From the NCBI GenBank assembly GCA_034111325.1, contig JAWUXM010000002.1:80774-144773 (forward strand): DNA of 64,000 nucleotides. The letters run 5' to 3'. A model generated the notes under the pieces. The model ran no database searches. It was not told where the DNA came from and worked only from the letters and a program-made list of their open reading frames with translations. Position 1 is the first letter of the stretch; each line of letters begins with the position of its first letter. Both the position numbers and the translations under genes were made by a program. Source of the DNA: Rickettsiales bacterium (GTDB taxonomy: Bacteria; Pseudomonadota; Alphaproteobacteria; Rickettsiales; JABIRX01). Below, in pieces: positions 1 through 10,056 of this stretch.

Positions 1-1677
1 CGCATCATCATTAATGTGCCAACCACTTTGCAATTGTAGCGTAAATTTTATCTGCGCATTAGGCTTAAGCGATGCTAGTTCTAACTTTGCACTATTGGGT
101 ATGGAAGTTGTGAATTGTGGTTTTGATTTGCTATATTTTGGCATTATCGGCAAAATACCAATCTCCTTATTTACGCTATCAATCACCTTGATTTGATGAT
201 GGTTAGTATCCGCAACATAATATTTATTACCGATTTTAACAATATCATTTGGCTCACTAAAGAATTCCGCCGATCTTTTACCATCACCAACAAAATTGCT
301 CAGAACGCCTTTTTTGATATCATAGTGACGAATTGAGTGATTGTAAGAATCGGCAATATAAATCCCTCCATCATTAGCAGTTAGCCCTAACGGATGTTGC
401 ATAAGTGCTGTGCCTTTTTTGCCTTCTACATAACCAAAATCAAATAGACCGCTACCGATTAGAGTTGTGATTTTCTTGCCCGATAGCACACGTAATGAAC
501 TAGTTTCGGAATCAACGAAATATAGTTTTCCCTTATGTGTAACTAAGCCACTTGGTTGTGAGAGAGAATTATATGGATAGCTACCATCATCAATCGATTC
601 CCGCCCATTTCCTGCTAGAATACTGACAGTTTTCCCTGTTACATTATATGACCAAAGCTGATGCGTGCCAGCCATAGCGATCGCTATATGATGTTCATCA
701 GGATAGAAGGCCAAATCCCAAGGTGAGGCGAGCGCAGTTTTCAATGCAGGGTCATCAAGTGCAGAGCGATTATGCCCTTGCTTGCCAGTTCCTGCGATGG
801 TTTTGACTTTTTGACTAGTTAGATCCGCCTCGCGTAAAATATGATTTTCCGTATCCGCAATATAAAGTTTACCCGCAGCGTAGAGAATTCCTTGTGGGCG
901 ATTAAACTTCGCAGTAGCAAAGGAGCCATCCTTATTACCACTTTTGCCAGAACCAATTTCAACCGTGATTTTGCCGTTTAAATCCACCCCCAATATACGA
1001 TTATTGTTACTATCGCTAATAAATAGAGTTTTGATATCTTCTGCATATTCAAGTTTACTCGGGAAATTTAATACAGATTTTGGTGCTTTGTCTTTCTCCA
1101 GATCATAAGGAAGAGGCGCACTATTAACTTTGTCGCCATGTATTTTAAGCAAGCTCGCAATATCACGCTCTATTTCTGCACGGTGACCCTCTCCTGAATA
1201 AACCTGCGATAATTTACCAAGTGGATTAATCAACATCAAGGTTGGCCAAGAACGCACGCCAAAACTATTCCATATGCGGAAATTATAATCATTAACCACA
1301 GGGTGTTCTAGCTCATAACGCAAAATAGCTTGGCGAATATTCTCACTATCTTTTTCATTATTAAACTTTGCTGAGTGCACGCCAATGACGGTTAATTTAT
1401 CACCAAATTTCTTTTCTAAATATTTCAAATCAGGCATAATATGGATGCAATTTATGCAACAAAATGTCCAGAAATCGAGCAATATCACGCGCCCTTTTAG
1501 ATCTTGCGCTTCTAGTGGGCGCGAAACATTAAGCCACCCCGCTTCTTGAACAATTGCTTTATGGATATTGGTAATTGGATATTTCATTTTTTCCTTTGAT
1601 AAGAGGTTAGATGCAAAACCTATAGTAATGCTAACTAATAAAAACATTATGAAAATCACTTTTTTACTATATCTCAT
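1..1677 (-). CDS. Thioredoxin-fold (CxxC redoxin) + NHL-repeat beta-propeller protein, partial (C-terminus runs off left window edge)
   Basis: Absent from the supplied ORF track because it has no in-window stop. My translation of the minus strand from ATG 1677-1675 stays open for all 559 codons to position 1. It reads MRYSKKVIFIMFLLVSITIGF (signal/anchor), then GRVILLDFWTFCCINCIHIMPDLKYLEKKFGDKLTVIGVHSAKF (thioredoxin fold, CxxC). NHL-like units follow: FNRPQGILYAAGKLYIADTENHILR, LSQPSGLVTHKGKLYFVDSETSSLR, MQHPLGLTANDGGIYIADSYNHSIRHY, FSEPNDIVKIGNKYYVADTNHHQIKV. Confidence 0.8.
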   Translation of the reverse strand, partial: MRYSKKVIFIMFLLVSITIGFASNLLSKEKMKYPITNIHKAIVQEAGWLNVSRPLEAQDLKGRVILLDFWTFCCINCIHIMPDLKYLEKKFGDKLTVIGVHSAKFNNEKDSENIRQAILRYELEHPVVNDYNFRIWNSFGVRSWPTLMLINPLGKLSQVYSGEGHRAEIERDIASLLKIHGDKVNSAPLPYDLEKDKAPKSVLNFPSKLEYAEDIKTLFISDSNNNRILGVDLNGKITVEIGSGKSGNKDGSFATAKFNRPQGILYAAGKLYIADTENHILREADLTSQKVKTIAGTGKQGHNRSALDDPALKTALASPWDLAFYPDEHHIAIAMAGTHQLWSYNVTGKTVSILAGNGRESIDDGSYPYNSLSQPSGLVTHKGKLYFVDSETSSLRVLSGKKITTLIGSGLFDFGYVEGKKGTALMQHPLGLTANDGGIYIADSYNHSIRHYDIKKGVLSNFVGDGKRSAEFFSEPNDIVKIGNKYYVADTNHHQIKVIDSVNKEIGILPIMPKYSKSKPQFTTSIPNSAKLELASLKPNAQIKFTLQLQSGWHINDDA

Positions 1678-1742
1678 AGCTGACACTTGATAATTAGCTG
1701 CATTGACTTAGCTTGAGGATATAACACTAATATATTATTCAT

Positions 1743-2018
1743 ATGAAAAAATTATCGTTACTGATATTATTTGCTATAGCCTTAACTTCCTGTAGCCAAG
1801 GCTTCTATCACCATAAAACAGATAAGCGCGCTCAATGTAAACATGCTGGCAAATATTTTGACAGAATTGATAAAAACGCTGATGGTCTAATTACACCAAA
1901 TGAGCAGCGTGAATTTGCTGATGAGAAATTTAAGGAGCTAGACCTTGATGCTGATGGCAGGATTTCAAGAGATGAGTTCAAGAGTCACATGCAAAATCAT
2001 CGCAAACGTTACAAATAG
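1743..2018 (+). CDS. Small secreted EF-hand calcium-binding lipoprotein
   Basis: Lipobox LTSCSQ follows a hydrophobic signal. Two canonical EF-hand loops are present: DKNADGLITPNE and DLDADGRISRDE. Confidence 0.6.
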   Translation: MKKLSLLILFAIALTSCSQGFYHHKTDKRAQCKHAGKYFDRIDKNADGLITPNEQREFADEKFKELDLDADGRISRDEFKSHMQNHRKRYK

Positions 2019-2062
2019 CCTTCTAAAAAAATATAGCCTACTTTAGCAGGCTTCTCCGACAA

Positions 2063-2078
2063 TGTTTCACGTGAAACA
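2063..2078. promoter_or_regulatory. parS: parS (ParB-binding centromere site), perfect palindrome TGTTTCACGTGAAACA
   Basis: Exact match to the consensus 16-bp parS palindrome. It is intergenic, and parAB is encoded in the same window. Confidence 0.8.
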
Positions 2079-2161
2079 TCGACACTTAAAATCAACATTT
2101 ACCTTTAAATACGTATTTAAAGATGCATGTTAGTATAAAATTAACTTACCAAACTTATTGA

Positions 2162-3553
2162 ATGATAATTACCAGTTTCTGCGTTTCTCTTTTTATTATC
2201 ATTCTAATAGGTGTTTCATCCTCCATAAAAAATCGTCATACTAGCACTGATTACTTCCTTGCTGGTCAGAGCCTAAAGCCTTGGTTGGTGTCTTTATCAG
2301 CAGTTGCTACTAATAGTAGTGGCTACATGTTTATAGGCATGATTGGCTATACTTACATGGTTGGCCTTTCCTCTATATGGCTCATGATCGGTTGGATTGG
2401 TGGTGACTTTTTATCATCCCTTTTCATTCATAAACACCTACGTGTAGCAACTGAGCGGGGGAAAGTGCTTAGCTTTGCTGGTGCCTTAAGTAACTGGCAT
2501 GGCAATAATTATCGAGTTTTACAATTCGTAGGCGGTTTAATCACTATAGCTTTTCTTGGTATATATGCCGCAGCGCAATTAAGTGCCGGCAGTAAAGCCC
2601 TACATGTATTGTTCGGGTGGGACTATGCAGTTGGAGCAATAATTGGCGCTATCATGGTAGCACTATACTGCGTTGCTGGGGGTATAAGAGCTTCTGTTTG
2701 GACAGATGTAGCACAATCTTTCATTATGATAATTGCTATGGCTGCATTGTGCGTTATGTCGATAGCCGAATTCCCGCATTTAACAGACTTTGTAGATAAA
2801 TTACACGATGTCTCTCCCAGCTATATGAGCCTTTTCCCTAAATCCTCTAACAGTATTGGTGGGCTGCTACTATTTATATTAGGGTGGGTGTTTGCCGGCA
2901 TAGGTGTAATTGGGCAACCACATATCATGGTAAGGTTTATGGCTATGAATCAGCCAAGTGATATCAAGCGAGTTCGTATTTACTATTATAGTTGGTATAG
3001 CTTGTTTTACCTTTTAACTATTGGCACAGGTTTCGCAGCACGTTTGCTTTTACCAGATATTAACAACTTTGATGCAGAATTAGCTTTGCCAACCTTGGCA
3101 CAAAATTTATTGCCGGAGATACTGGTAGGGTTGGTGTTAGCAGGGTTATTTGCAGCAACAATGTCCACTGCGGATTCTCAAATATTAAGTTGCTCAGCAG
3201 CGATTACACATGACCTCACTTTAGGCAAAAAGCTGCCTTACTTTGTCGCAAAGATAACCACGATTCTTGTCACCATAACAGCATTACTAATTGCTTTATT
3301 TGGTAGCAAAAGTGTGTTCTCCTTGGTGTTAATTGCATGGTCTGCTTTGGCAAGTTGCTTTGCACCATTATTAATTATCTATGCATTTGGTGGCAAGCCT
3401 TCCGAAAAACTAGCCCTGATGATGATTACCACTGCTATATCGACCATGTTTATTTGGCGTTATTTCAATTTAAACAACATTATGTATGAAGTAGCACCGG
3501 CTATGATAGTTGGGTTGTTAACTTATGCGCTAGGAACAGCCTTGAAAAAATAA
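2162..3553 (+). CDS. Sodium:solute symporter (SSS) family transporter, PutP-like
   Basis: Polytopic membrane protein. N-terminal YFLAGQSL..W..S..ATNSSGYMFIGMIGYTY is typical of the SSS family. Confidence 0.8.
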   Translation: MIITSFCVSLFIIILIGVSSSIKNRHTSTDYFLAGQSLKPWLVSLSAVATNSSGYMFIGMIGYTYMVGLSSIWLMIGWIGGDFLSSLFIHKHLRVATERGKVLSFAGALSNWHGNNYRVLQFVGGLITIAFLGIYAAAQLSAGSKALHVLFGWDYAVGAIIGAIMVALYCVAGGIRASVWTDVAQSFIMIIAMAALCVMSIAEFPHLTDFVDKLHDVSPSYMSLFPKSSNSIGGLLLFILGWVFAGIGVIGQPHIMVRFMAMNQPSDIKRVRIYYYSWYSLFYLLTIGTGFAARLLLPDINNFDAELALPTLAQNLLPEILVGLVLAGLFAATMSTADSQILSCSAAITHDLTLGKKLPYFVAKITTILVTITALLIALFGSKSVFSLVLIAWSALASCFAPLLIIYAFGGKPSEKLALMMITTAISTMFIWRYFNLNNIMYEVAPAMIVGLLTYALGTALKK

Positions 3554-3635
3554 AAGGGTGGGAGCCGAAGCTTCCACCCCCTTACGAGAGAGATATGAGA
3601 ATCCCTAGTGTAACACACCATAAACAACTATGCAA
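3545..3635 (-). ncRNA. Candidate small RNA gene, copy 1 (promoter + ~55-nt transcript + intrinsic terminator)
   Basis: On the minus strand: -35 TTGCAT (3635-3630), 17-nt spacer, -10 TACACT (3612-3607). The transcript reads GGGAUUCUCAUAUCUCUCUCGUAAG, followed by hairpin GGGUGGAAGC-UUCG-GCUCCCACCC and a UUUUAUUUUUU tail. About 100 bp is paralogous to 35164-35262. The hairpin could also terminate the upstream FMN-reductase gene. Confidence 0.4.
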
Positions 3636-3685
3636 CTCCTAATTGTACTATTTAACTAAAAATTCTAATAAAAGTTGTATATGCC

Positions 3686-4261
3686 CTAAGAGCCATGCTT
3701 TTTGCTTGTTTCCACAAAAGCTTCGACAGCCGCTTTTAACATCTTTTGCTGCTTTGCATCTTTCAAATCACCACTCTCATCAAAAATATTACTAGCAAAT
3801 GAGAGCGCTACTTGATTAGGTATCACCAAAACACCGATATTCCCTAGCATCATACGTAATGGCACGAGACCACGCAAACCACCAAAGCCTCCCGGAGAGG
3901 CAGCGCTGATTGCGGCGACCTTACCATTAAACGCTATAAGTGGGGCTTCGTTTGCTTCTGATGGACGAGAGATCCAATCTAAAGAATTTTTAAGTAGAGC
4001 AGAAAAAGAGCTGTTATATTCAGGGGAAGCAATGAAAAATCCATCTGCCCGACGAAACACTTCTTTTAACTTTTGGACATTTTCTGGCAAGCCAGATTCC
4101 ACTTCTAAATCACCATTGTAAATTGGCATTTCATAATTTGCCAAATCAATGACTTCTGCATTTGCACCAAGCTCAGCAGCTATCTTACAGGCTAGCTGCG
4201 CTAGTTTTGTGTTGAGAGAATCTTTACGAATTGAACCAGAGAGGAAGATTAGTTTTGTCAT
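3686..4261 (-). CDS. NADPH-dependent FMN reductase family oxidoreductase
   Basis: MTKLIFLSGSIRKDSLNTKL and SPEYNSSFSALLKNSLDW motifs. The start overlaps the pirin stop (TAATG). Confidence 0.8.
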   Translation of the reverse strand: MTKLIFLSGSIRKDSLNTKLAQLACKIAAELGANAEVIDLANYEMPIYNGDLEVESGLPENVQKLKEVFRRADGFFIASPEYNSSFSALLKNSLDWISRPSEANEAPLIAFNGKVAAISAASPGGFGGLRGLVPLRMMLGNIGVLVIPNQVALSFASNIFDESGDLKDAKQQKMLKAAVEAFVETSKKHGS

Positions 4262-4956
4262 TATTTTGCTATTTCAATTATTAAAATTTCAGCTGCATTT
4301 ATTGCGCTGATTTTTATATTTTGTAAATCTGTAATTTCAGCACCATCACCTTTTAGCATTTTTTGCCCTTCAATTTCCACCTCTCCATCTGATACTAAAA
4401 TATAGGCGTTTTCCCTGATAGAATGATTAATGACCAACCCTTGATTTAAGCGGCCACCATAGATTTTAGCATCTTGATGAATGAATAATGCATTTTTATC
4501 ATTTTTATCGCCTGAAACTAAAAGACGAAGCTTATCACTTACTAGCTCTTTAGGAAACTGTGCCTCTGCCCAGCGAGGCTGAACGCTCAGCTCTTTCGGT
4601 TCTATCCAGATCTGGTAAAGATTCGCATCAATATTTTCATTGTTATGTTCTGAATGACGAATACCTGATCCGGCACTCATAACTTGTACATCTCCAGATT
4701 CGGTACGCCCCAAATTTCCCTTGCTGTCCTTATGTGTAATGACTCCTTGGCGCACATAAGTGATGATTTCCATATCCTTATGTGGATGCGTAGCAAAACC
4801 ACCGCCAGCCTTGACGATATCATCATTGATGACTCGTAATTTGCCAAAACCCATGCGCTCAGGATTATGATAATTGGAAAAGCTAAAATGGTAATGTGCT
4901 TCTAGCCAATCATTTTTAAAAGTGCCAAGCTCGGCGTATTTTTGAATTTTGATCAT
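4261..4956 (-). CDS. Pirin family protein (cupin)
   Basis: HPHKDMEIITYV..G...H.DS.GN and GDVQVMSAGSGIRHSE pirin signatures. Confidence 0.85.
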   Translation of the reverse strand: MIKIQKYAELGTFKNDWLEAHYHFSFSNYHNPERMGFGKLRVINDDIVKAGGGFATHPHKDMEIITYVRQGVITHKDSKGNLGRTESGDVQVMSAGSGIRHSEHNNENIDANLYQIWIEPKELSVQPRWAEAQFPKELVSDKLRLLVSGDKNDKNALFIHQDAKIYGGRLNQGLVINHSIRENAYILVSDGEVEIEGQKMLKGDGAEITDLQNIKISAINAAEILIIEIAK

Positions 4957-6389
4957 TTGCTAAAAACTACTCCAATTAAAAAATGTGCAAGTAATGAGAT
5001 AATGATTACTGAAATAATGTTTAAAATCAACCCTGCGCGCATCATTTGCAGTACAGTTATGCGGTTACTTGCAAAAATAATAGCATTGGGCGGGGTGGCA
5101 ATTGGCATCATAAAAGCACAGCTTGCCGCTAAGGAGACAGGAATGGCCAAATATAATATATTGCTATCACTGCTTAGACTAATTGCTGCAACGACAGGCA
5201 AGAAAAGTGCAGTCAGTGCCATATTGCTCATTAGCTCGGTTAAGAATAAAGTTAGGGCAGTAACTAATATAATCATCAGTAACGGGCTAAAATTCCAATT
5301 GGAAATTGTCTGACCCAAATTGCTTATAAGCATTGTATTGCTTAGCATTGAAGCAATAGTTAGCCCTCCTCCGAAAAGTAGTATAAGACCCCAAGGGATG
5401 TTTTTGGCGCTTTGCCAATCTAAAGCAAATTTCTTTTTACTAAGGTCGATAGGTAGCATAAATAAAGCAATTGATGCAGCGATCGCAATGGAAGTATCGG
5501 ATAATTCACCAAGTGGCAGATTATAGGCATTAATCATAACATTAAATGGCGCTCGTAAAATCCACAATGATGCTGTAACCAAAAATACCGCAGTGACGAT
5601 TTTCTCAGCTTTTGAGAAATTACCTAATTTTTTAACTTCTTGGTGGATTATATCCGCCTGTAACGTTTTGATTTTATTTGGGAATAATATTTTTGTGAGC
5701 AATAGCCAGCAGAAAAACAGCATGCTTAATGCAAAGGGCAGCCCAACTATAAGCCATTTCGCAAAGCTGATACTGTAATTGTATTTCTCATACATAAACG
5801 CCACAAGAATTGCATTAGTCGGCGTGCCAATTAAAGTCGCTGTGCCGCCTATATTTGCTGCATAGGCAATAGAAAGCATCAAGGCTGTAGAAAAGGAAGT
5901 TTTATCATGACTAGGCAAGTTTTTAAGCACAGCCAAAGCAATAGGCAACATGATAACTGCAGTGGCAGTATTGCTAATCCACATGCTTAGAAAGGCAGTT
6001 GATACCATAAAGCCAGCAATGATGTGATTTGTATCCGTACCGATAAATTTGATTATATTAAAAGCGATCCGCTTATGCAAATTAGACTTCTGCATGGCAC
6101 TTGCGAGGAAGAAACCACCCATAAATAAAAATACTATAGGGTGAGCATAATGACTAGTAATGCTTTTAATGCTTTCTATGTTTGTCAGGGGAATTAAGGC
6201 AATTGGCAAAAGCGCCGTCATAGCCATAGGAACAATATCTGTAATCCACCAGCTAACCATCCAAGCAACTATGCCGATGATTATGACTTCCTGCTTAGGA
6301 AGGCCGAAGAAGGGCAGAATAAGTAGTGAGGCAATTAATAAAAAAGGGCCAATTAGTAAATATAGTAAATTTTTATACTTATCTAACAT
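4953..6389 (-). CDS. SLC13/DASS family anion:sodium symporter (permease)
   Basis: Polytopic protein with the duplicated hairpin motifs SNTATAVIMLPI and TPPNAI. It has a 4-nt overlap with pirin, consistent with an operon. Confidence 0.8.
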   Translation of the reverse strand: MLDKYKNLLYLLIGPFLLIASLLILPFFGLPKQEVIIIGIVAWMVSWWITDIVPMAMTALLPIALIPLTNIESIKSITSHYAHPIVFLFMGGFFLASAMQKSNLHKRIAFNIIKFIGTDTNHIIAGFMVSTAFLSMWISNTATAVIMLPIALAVLKNLPSHDKTSFSTALMLSIAYAANIGGTATLIGTPTNAILVAFMYEKYNYSISFAKWLIVGLPFALSMLFFCWLLLTKILFPNKIKTLQADIIHQEVKKLGNFSKAEKIVTAVFLVTASLWILRAPFNVMINAYNLPLGELSDTSIAIAASIALFMLPIDLSKKKFALDWQSAKNIPWGLILLFGGGLTIASMLSNTMLISNLGQTISNWNFSPLLMIILVTALTLFLTELMSNMALTALFLPVVAAISLSSDSNILYLAIPVSLAASCAFMMPIATPPNAIIFASNRITVLQMMRAGLILNIISVIIISLLAHFLIGVVFSK

Positions 6390-6407
6390 AGGCCTTTCTA
6401 GAAATTG

Positions 6408-7652
6408 TTATCTGTTGCCGCTCTGTTTATTACCAAAAGACTTGCGTGCGCCGCCGAATGGTTTCTTGCCGAAATTATTATTGCGGCTTTTACCTTTAAA
6501 TTCACGACCAAAAGGCTTTTTACCACCTTTATGTTGACCGCCGCCTCGATGATTATCATTCTTTGCTTCGCCACCGTTTAACAAAGTTTTAATTGCCTGA
6601 TATTTTTTACGATCTTCACCAGAAATAAAGCTTAAAGCTTCACCTTTTGCACCAGCACGAGCAGTTCTACCAATACGGTGGATATAATCTTCAGGGCAAC
6701 CTGGTAGATCATAATTTATCACATGTTCAATATGTGGGATATCCAAACCACGTGCAGCAACATCCGTTGCGACCATGATGCGGTGATGTTCGTCACGGAA
6801 GGATTTAATGGCACGAGCACGTTGATGTTGACGTAAATCACCATGTATTGCAACAGCACGATATTTAGCAGCATTTAATTTCTTAGATAATGCTTCAGTG
6901 TTGCGCTTAGTTTTTACAAAAATAATTACTGAACCTTGGCGCTTTTCTAACTCTTCTATTAGGCGATCATATTTTGCAGTCTGTGCAATCTCGACAAATT
7001 CTTGTTTGATATTTTCAGCTGGTGAATGAGTGCTTCCGACTGAAACACGCTCTGGCGTTACAAGATATTTGGCTGCAATTTTTTCAATTGCTTTAGGGAC
7101 AGTCGCTGAGAACATTACAGTTTGCTTAACAACTGGCAAATGCTTAACAATATCGTCAATCTGTATGCCAAAACCCATATCTAACATACGGTCCATTTCA
7201 TCAAGTACGAGGAAGTCAGAATTTTTGAGGTTTAAAGAGCGACGTTGTAAATGGTCATTGATTCTACCTGGAGTTCCAACAATTATGCGTGGGTGTTTTT
7301 TTAATTGAAAGAATTGCTTAGCAATCGGCTCACCACCGATAAGTAATGCAGCGCGAATTTGGCTGTTCTTACCAAGTAATTGTTCGATCAACGCCATAAC
7401 CTGCATAGCAAGTTCACGAGTTGGCGCAAGCACCAAGCCTGTGCTTGTATCAGAGCGAAGTAGTTTTGCAATAAGGGGGATAGCGAAGGCTGCAGTTTTA
7501 CCTGTTCCAGTTTGGGCAGATCCTAAAACGTCCTTTCCTTCTAATGCGAAAGGGATTGCCTGTGCTTGAATCGGCGTAGGTGTGTCATATTTCATTGCCA
7601 CTAGTGCATTTACAAGTGGCGTAGGCAAGTTTAATTCAGAGAAGTTTTCCAT
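6408..7652 (-). CDS. DEAD-box ATP-dependent RNA helicase (RhlE-like) with Gly/Lys/Arg-rich C-terminal tail
   Basis: Q-motif region PTPIQ, motif I AQTGTGKTAAF, motif III SAT and motif VI HRIGRTARAG are all present. Motif II reads DEMD rather than DEAD. Confidence 0.9.
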   Translation of the reverse strand: MENFSELNLPTPLVNALVAMKYDTPTPIQAQAIPFALEGKDVLGSAQTGTGKTAAFAIPLIAKLLRSDTSTGLVLAPTRELAMQVMALIEQLLGKNSQIRAALLIGGEPIAKQFFQLKKHPRIIVGTPGRINDHLQRRSLNLKNSDFLVLDEMDRMLDMGFGIQIDDIVKHLPVVKQTVMFSATVPKAIEKIAAKYLVTPERVSVGSTHSPAENIKQEFVEIAQTAKYDRLIEELEKRQGSVIIFVKTKRNTEALSKKLNAAKYRAVAIHGDLRQHQRARAIKSFRDEHHRIMVATDVAARGLDIPHIEHVINYDLPGCPEDYIHRIGRTARAGAKGEALSFISGEDRKKYQAIKTLLNGGEAKNDNHRGGGQHKGGKKPFGREFKGKSRNNNFGKKPFGGARKSFGNKQSGNR

Positions 7653-7823
7653 GATATTTAATTTAATAGTTAAAGAATTAAGAGTTCTTTAACTATTTGA
7701 GGGAATATTTGAAGAAACCAACTCAGGAAAAGAAATCTTATTTAGTAAGCAGGACTTTATATAGATGTTTCCTTAAATGTAAAGCTTTGCGAGAAATTAC
7801 GCGGAAAAATATCCCGAAAAAAG

Positions 7824-9311
7824 CTAAGCAGCATCCGCAAAGCTTTGCGATTCCCCAACATTAAGGACGATGCGAGCATGGTTGCGTGTTAGATGACGTG
7901 GAGTTTTAACGCCACATGAATGGGCTATAATGCCAACTTCTTTTTCCATGTTTCGTGCATAATTAGCTACACGCACTGCTTTATGCTCTGGATCAAGACC
8001 TGCTTGCAGGCGTTTATTATGTGTAGTTATACCAGTCGGGCAGGTATTTTTGTTACATTGCAATGCTTGTATACATCCGAGAGAAAACATAAAGCCCCGC
8101 GCATTATTGATAAAGTCAGCCCCAGCGCATAACGCCCAAGCAACATCAGCAGGATTAATTAATTTACCACTAGCAATCACGCGAATGCGCTTGCGTAATT
8201 TATGCTTCTCAAGCAAACTCACAACCTGTGGCAAACTTTCGCGAATTGGCATTCCGACATTGTCAATTAAAGCCATTGGCGCCGCACCTGTGCCGCCATC
8301 GCCGCTATCGATTGTTATAAAGTCTGGCGCTGTATCAGCCCCCGCCTTGTTAATTGCTTTGAACAAATCCGCTACTTCGGTAATATTACCCACGCAGAAT
8401 TTGATCCCCGTTGGCTTGCCGGTGACGTTACGGACATGACTAATCATCGCCAGTAACTTCTCGCTACTATCTATTTCAGGAAAGCGGTTAGGGCTAATTG
8501 CATCTTTTCCAGCAGGGATATGGCGAATTGCAGCAATTTCTTCAGTTACTTTTGCCCCAGGTAAAATCCCTCCCTTACCAGGTTTTGCTCCTTGGCTAAG
8601 TTTTATTTCAAACATACGTACCTGTTCATGGCTCGATGCTTGCAATAATTTATCATCCGATAAATTTCCCTTTTCATCAGCTAATCCAAATTTTGCTGTG
8701 CCTATTTGAAAAACAATATCACAACCCCCTTCCAAATGATAAGATGATAGACCACCCTCACCCGTGTTCATCCAGATTCCAGCCTCTTTAGCGCCTTTTG
8801 ACAGAGCTCTAATTGCTGGCTTGGAAAGTGACCCGTAACTCATCGCGGATATATTAAAGAAAGATTTATGTTTATAAGGAATGCGGGCGCCTGCTCCTAT
8901 GAGCAACTCTTCTGATTCGACAGCATCCTTGCCCAAAGTAGGAAACATGCAATTAGTGAAATACACTGTGCCAGCTATATGAATATTGCGAGTCGAACCA
9001 AAAGGAACCGTACTATCAATATTTTTAGCAGAGCGATAAACCCAAGAGCGCTGAGCGCGATTAAAGGGTAATTCTTCACGATCCATAGCGAAAAAATATT
9101 GGCGAAAGAATGTCCCCATTTCCTCAAAAACATAGCGCATTCTACCGATAACAGGGTAATTATGGCGTATTGCGTGCGAGGTTTGTAATTTGTCAATTAT
9201 ATATAAAGTGGCTATCCACAGAAAGAAGACTCCGACAAAAAACAAAAACAAATAAACCATTATTTGCATGGTTAGGATAACTGAGTGTGGTATCATTTCC
9301 TGCATCATCAT
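7824..9311 (-). CDS. FMN-binding glutamate synthase family protein (GltB-domain-2-like), N-terminal membrane anchor
   Basis: The N-terminus is hydrophobic. Core motifs are EIKLSQGAKPGKGGILPG and IDSGDGGTGAAP. Confidence 0.8.
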   Translation of the reverse strand: MMMQEMIPHSVILTMQIMVYLFLFFVGVFFLWIATLYIIDKLQTSHAIRHNYPVIGRMRYVFEEMGTFFRQYFFAMDREELPFNRAQRSWVYRSAKNIDSTVPFGSTRNIHIAGTVYFTNCMFPTLGKDAVESEELLIGAGARIPYKHKSFFNISAMSYGSLSKPAIRALSKGAKEAGIWMNTGEGGLSSYHLEGGCDIVFQIGTAKFGLADEKGNLSDDKLLQASSHEQVRMFEIKLSQGAKPGKGGILPGAKVTEEIAAIRHIPAGKDAISPNRFPEIDSSEKLLAMISHVRNVTGKPTGIKFCVGNITEVADLFKAINKAGADTAPDFITIDSGDGGTGAAPMALIDNVGMPIRESLPQVVSLLEKHKLRKRIRVIASGKLINPADVAWALCAGADFINNARGFMFSLGCIQALQCNKNTCPTGITTHNKRLQAGLDPEHKAVRVANYARNMEKEVGIIAHSCGVKTPRHLTRNHARIVLNVGESQSFADAA

Positions 9312-9330
9312 AGCTTATGCTAATTTTAAA

Positions 9331-9960
9331 TTATTTAATTGATTTAAATACGCCAGTATCTTGATTATATTCCTCTAACTTGCCATCATGCATGGAGAAA
9401 TACCAGCCGTAAAGCTTCATGCCGTTTTTCTCCACAGATTCCTTAATCCACGGGAAAGTCAGCAAGTTCTCCAAAGAGGTGATAATACTTTCTTTTTCAC
9501 AATTTGTATGGAGATCTTCTGGAGAAGATTTAGCAATAGCGCGCTTTTTTGCATCTTTGGCTATATCCATCCAGCGGCCAATAAAAGTTGAAGATTTGGT
9601 TAATTCTGCAGGGTTCAATAATGCCCTAATTCCTGCGCATCCGCTATGCCCAAGCACCACAATATTCTTCACTTCTAAATAACAAACACCAAATTCTAGC
9701 GCAGTACTAACACCGTGTAGCATTCCGTCATCCCCTGCATAAGGCGGAACAAGATTTGCAACGTTTCTCACGACAAAAATATCACCTGGGTCAGCGTCTG
9801 TAATAATTGAAGGGTCAGCTCGTGAATCACTACAGCTGATAATAAGTGTTCTTGGGCTTTGCCCTTGTGTTGAGAGATTTTGATAAAGGCTATTGTCAGT
9901 TTTAAAGTACCGTTTGAAAAAACGCCTGTAACCTTTGATTAGTTTTTTTATATCAGCCAT
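9331..9960 (-). CDS. Beta-class carbonic anhydrase
   Basis: CSDSR and HSGCAG zinc-ligand motifs. Confidence 0.85.
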   Translation of the reverse strand: MADIKKLIKGYRRFFKRYFKTDNSLYQNLSTQGQSPRTLIISCSDSRADPSIITDADPGDIFVVRNVANLVPPYAGDDGMLHGVSTALEFGVCYLEVKNIVVLGHSGCAGIRALLNPAELTKSSTFIGRWMDIAKDAKKRAIAKSSPEDLHTNCEKESIITSLENLLTFPWIKESVEKNGMKLYGWYFSMHDGKLEEYNQDTGVFKSIK

Positions 9961-10056
9961 GTTTGCTCTAAAGTGTTTTCTTGATTTTATATATGCAAAG
10001 AGATGAGTTGCAACTAGAATTTATCGCTATATTTTTTCTTATTGTAATTTACAATA

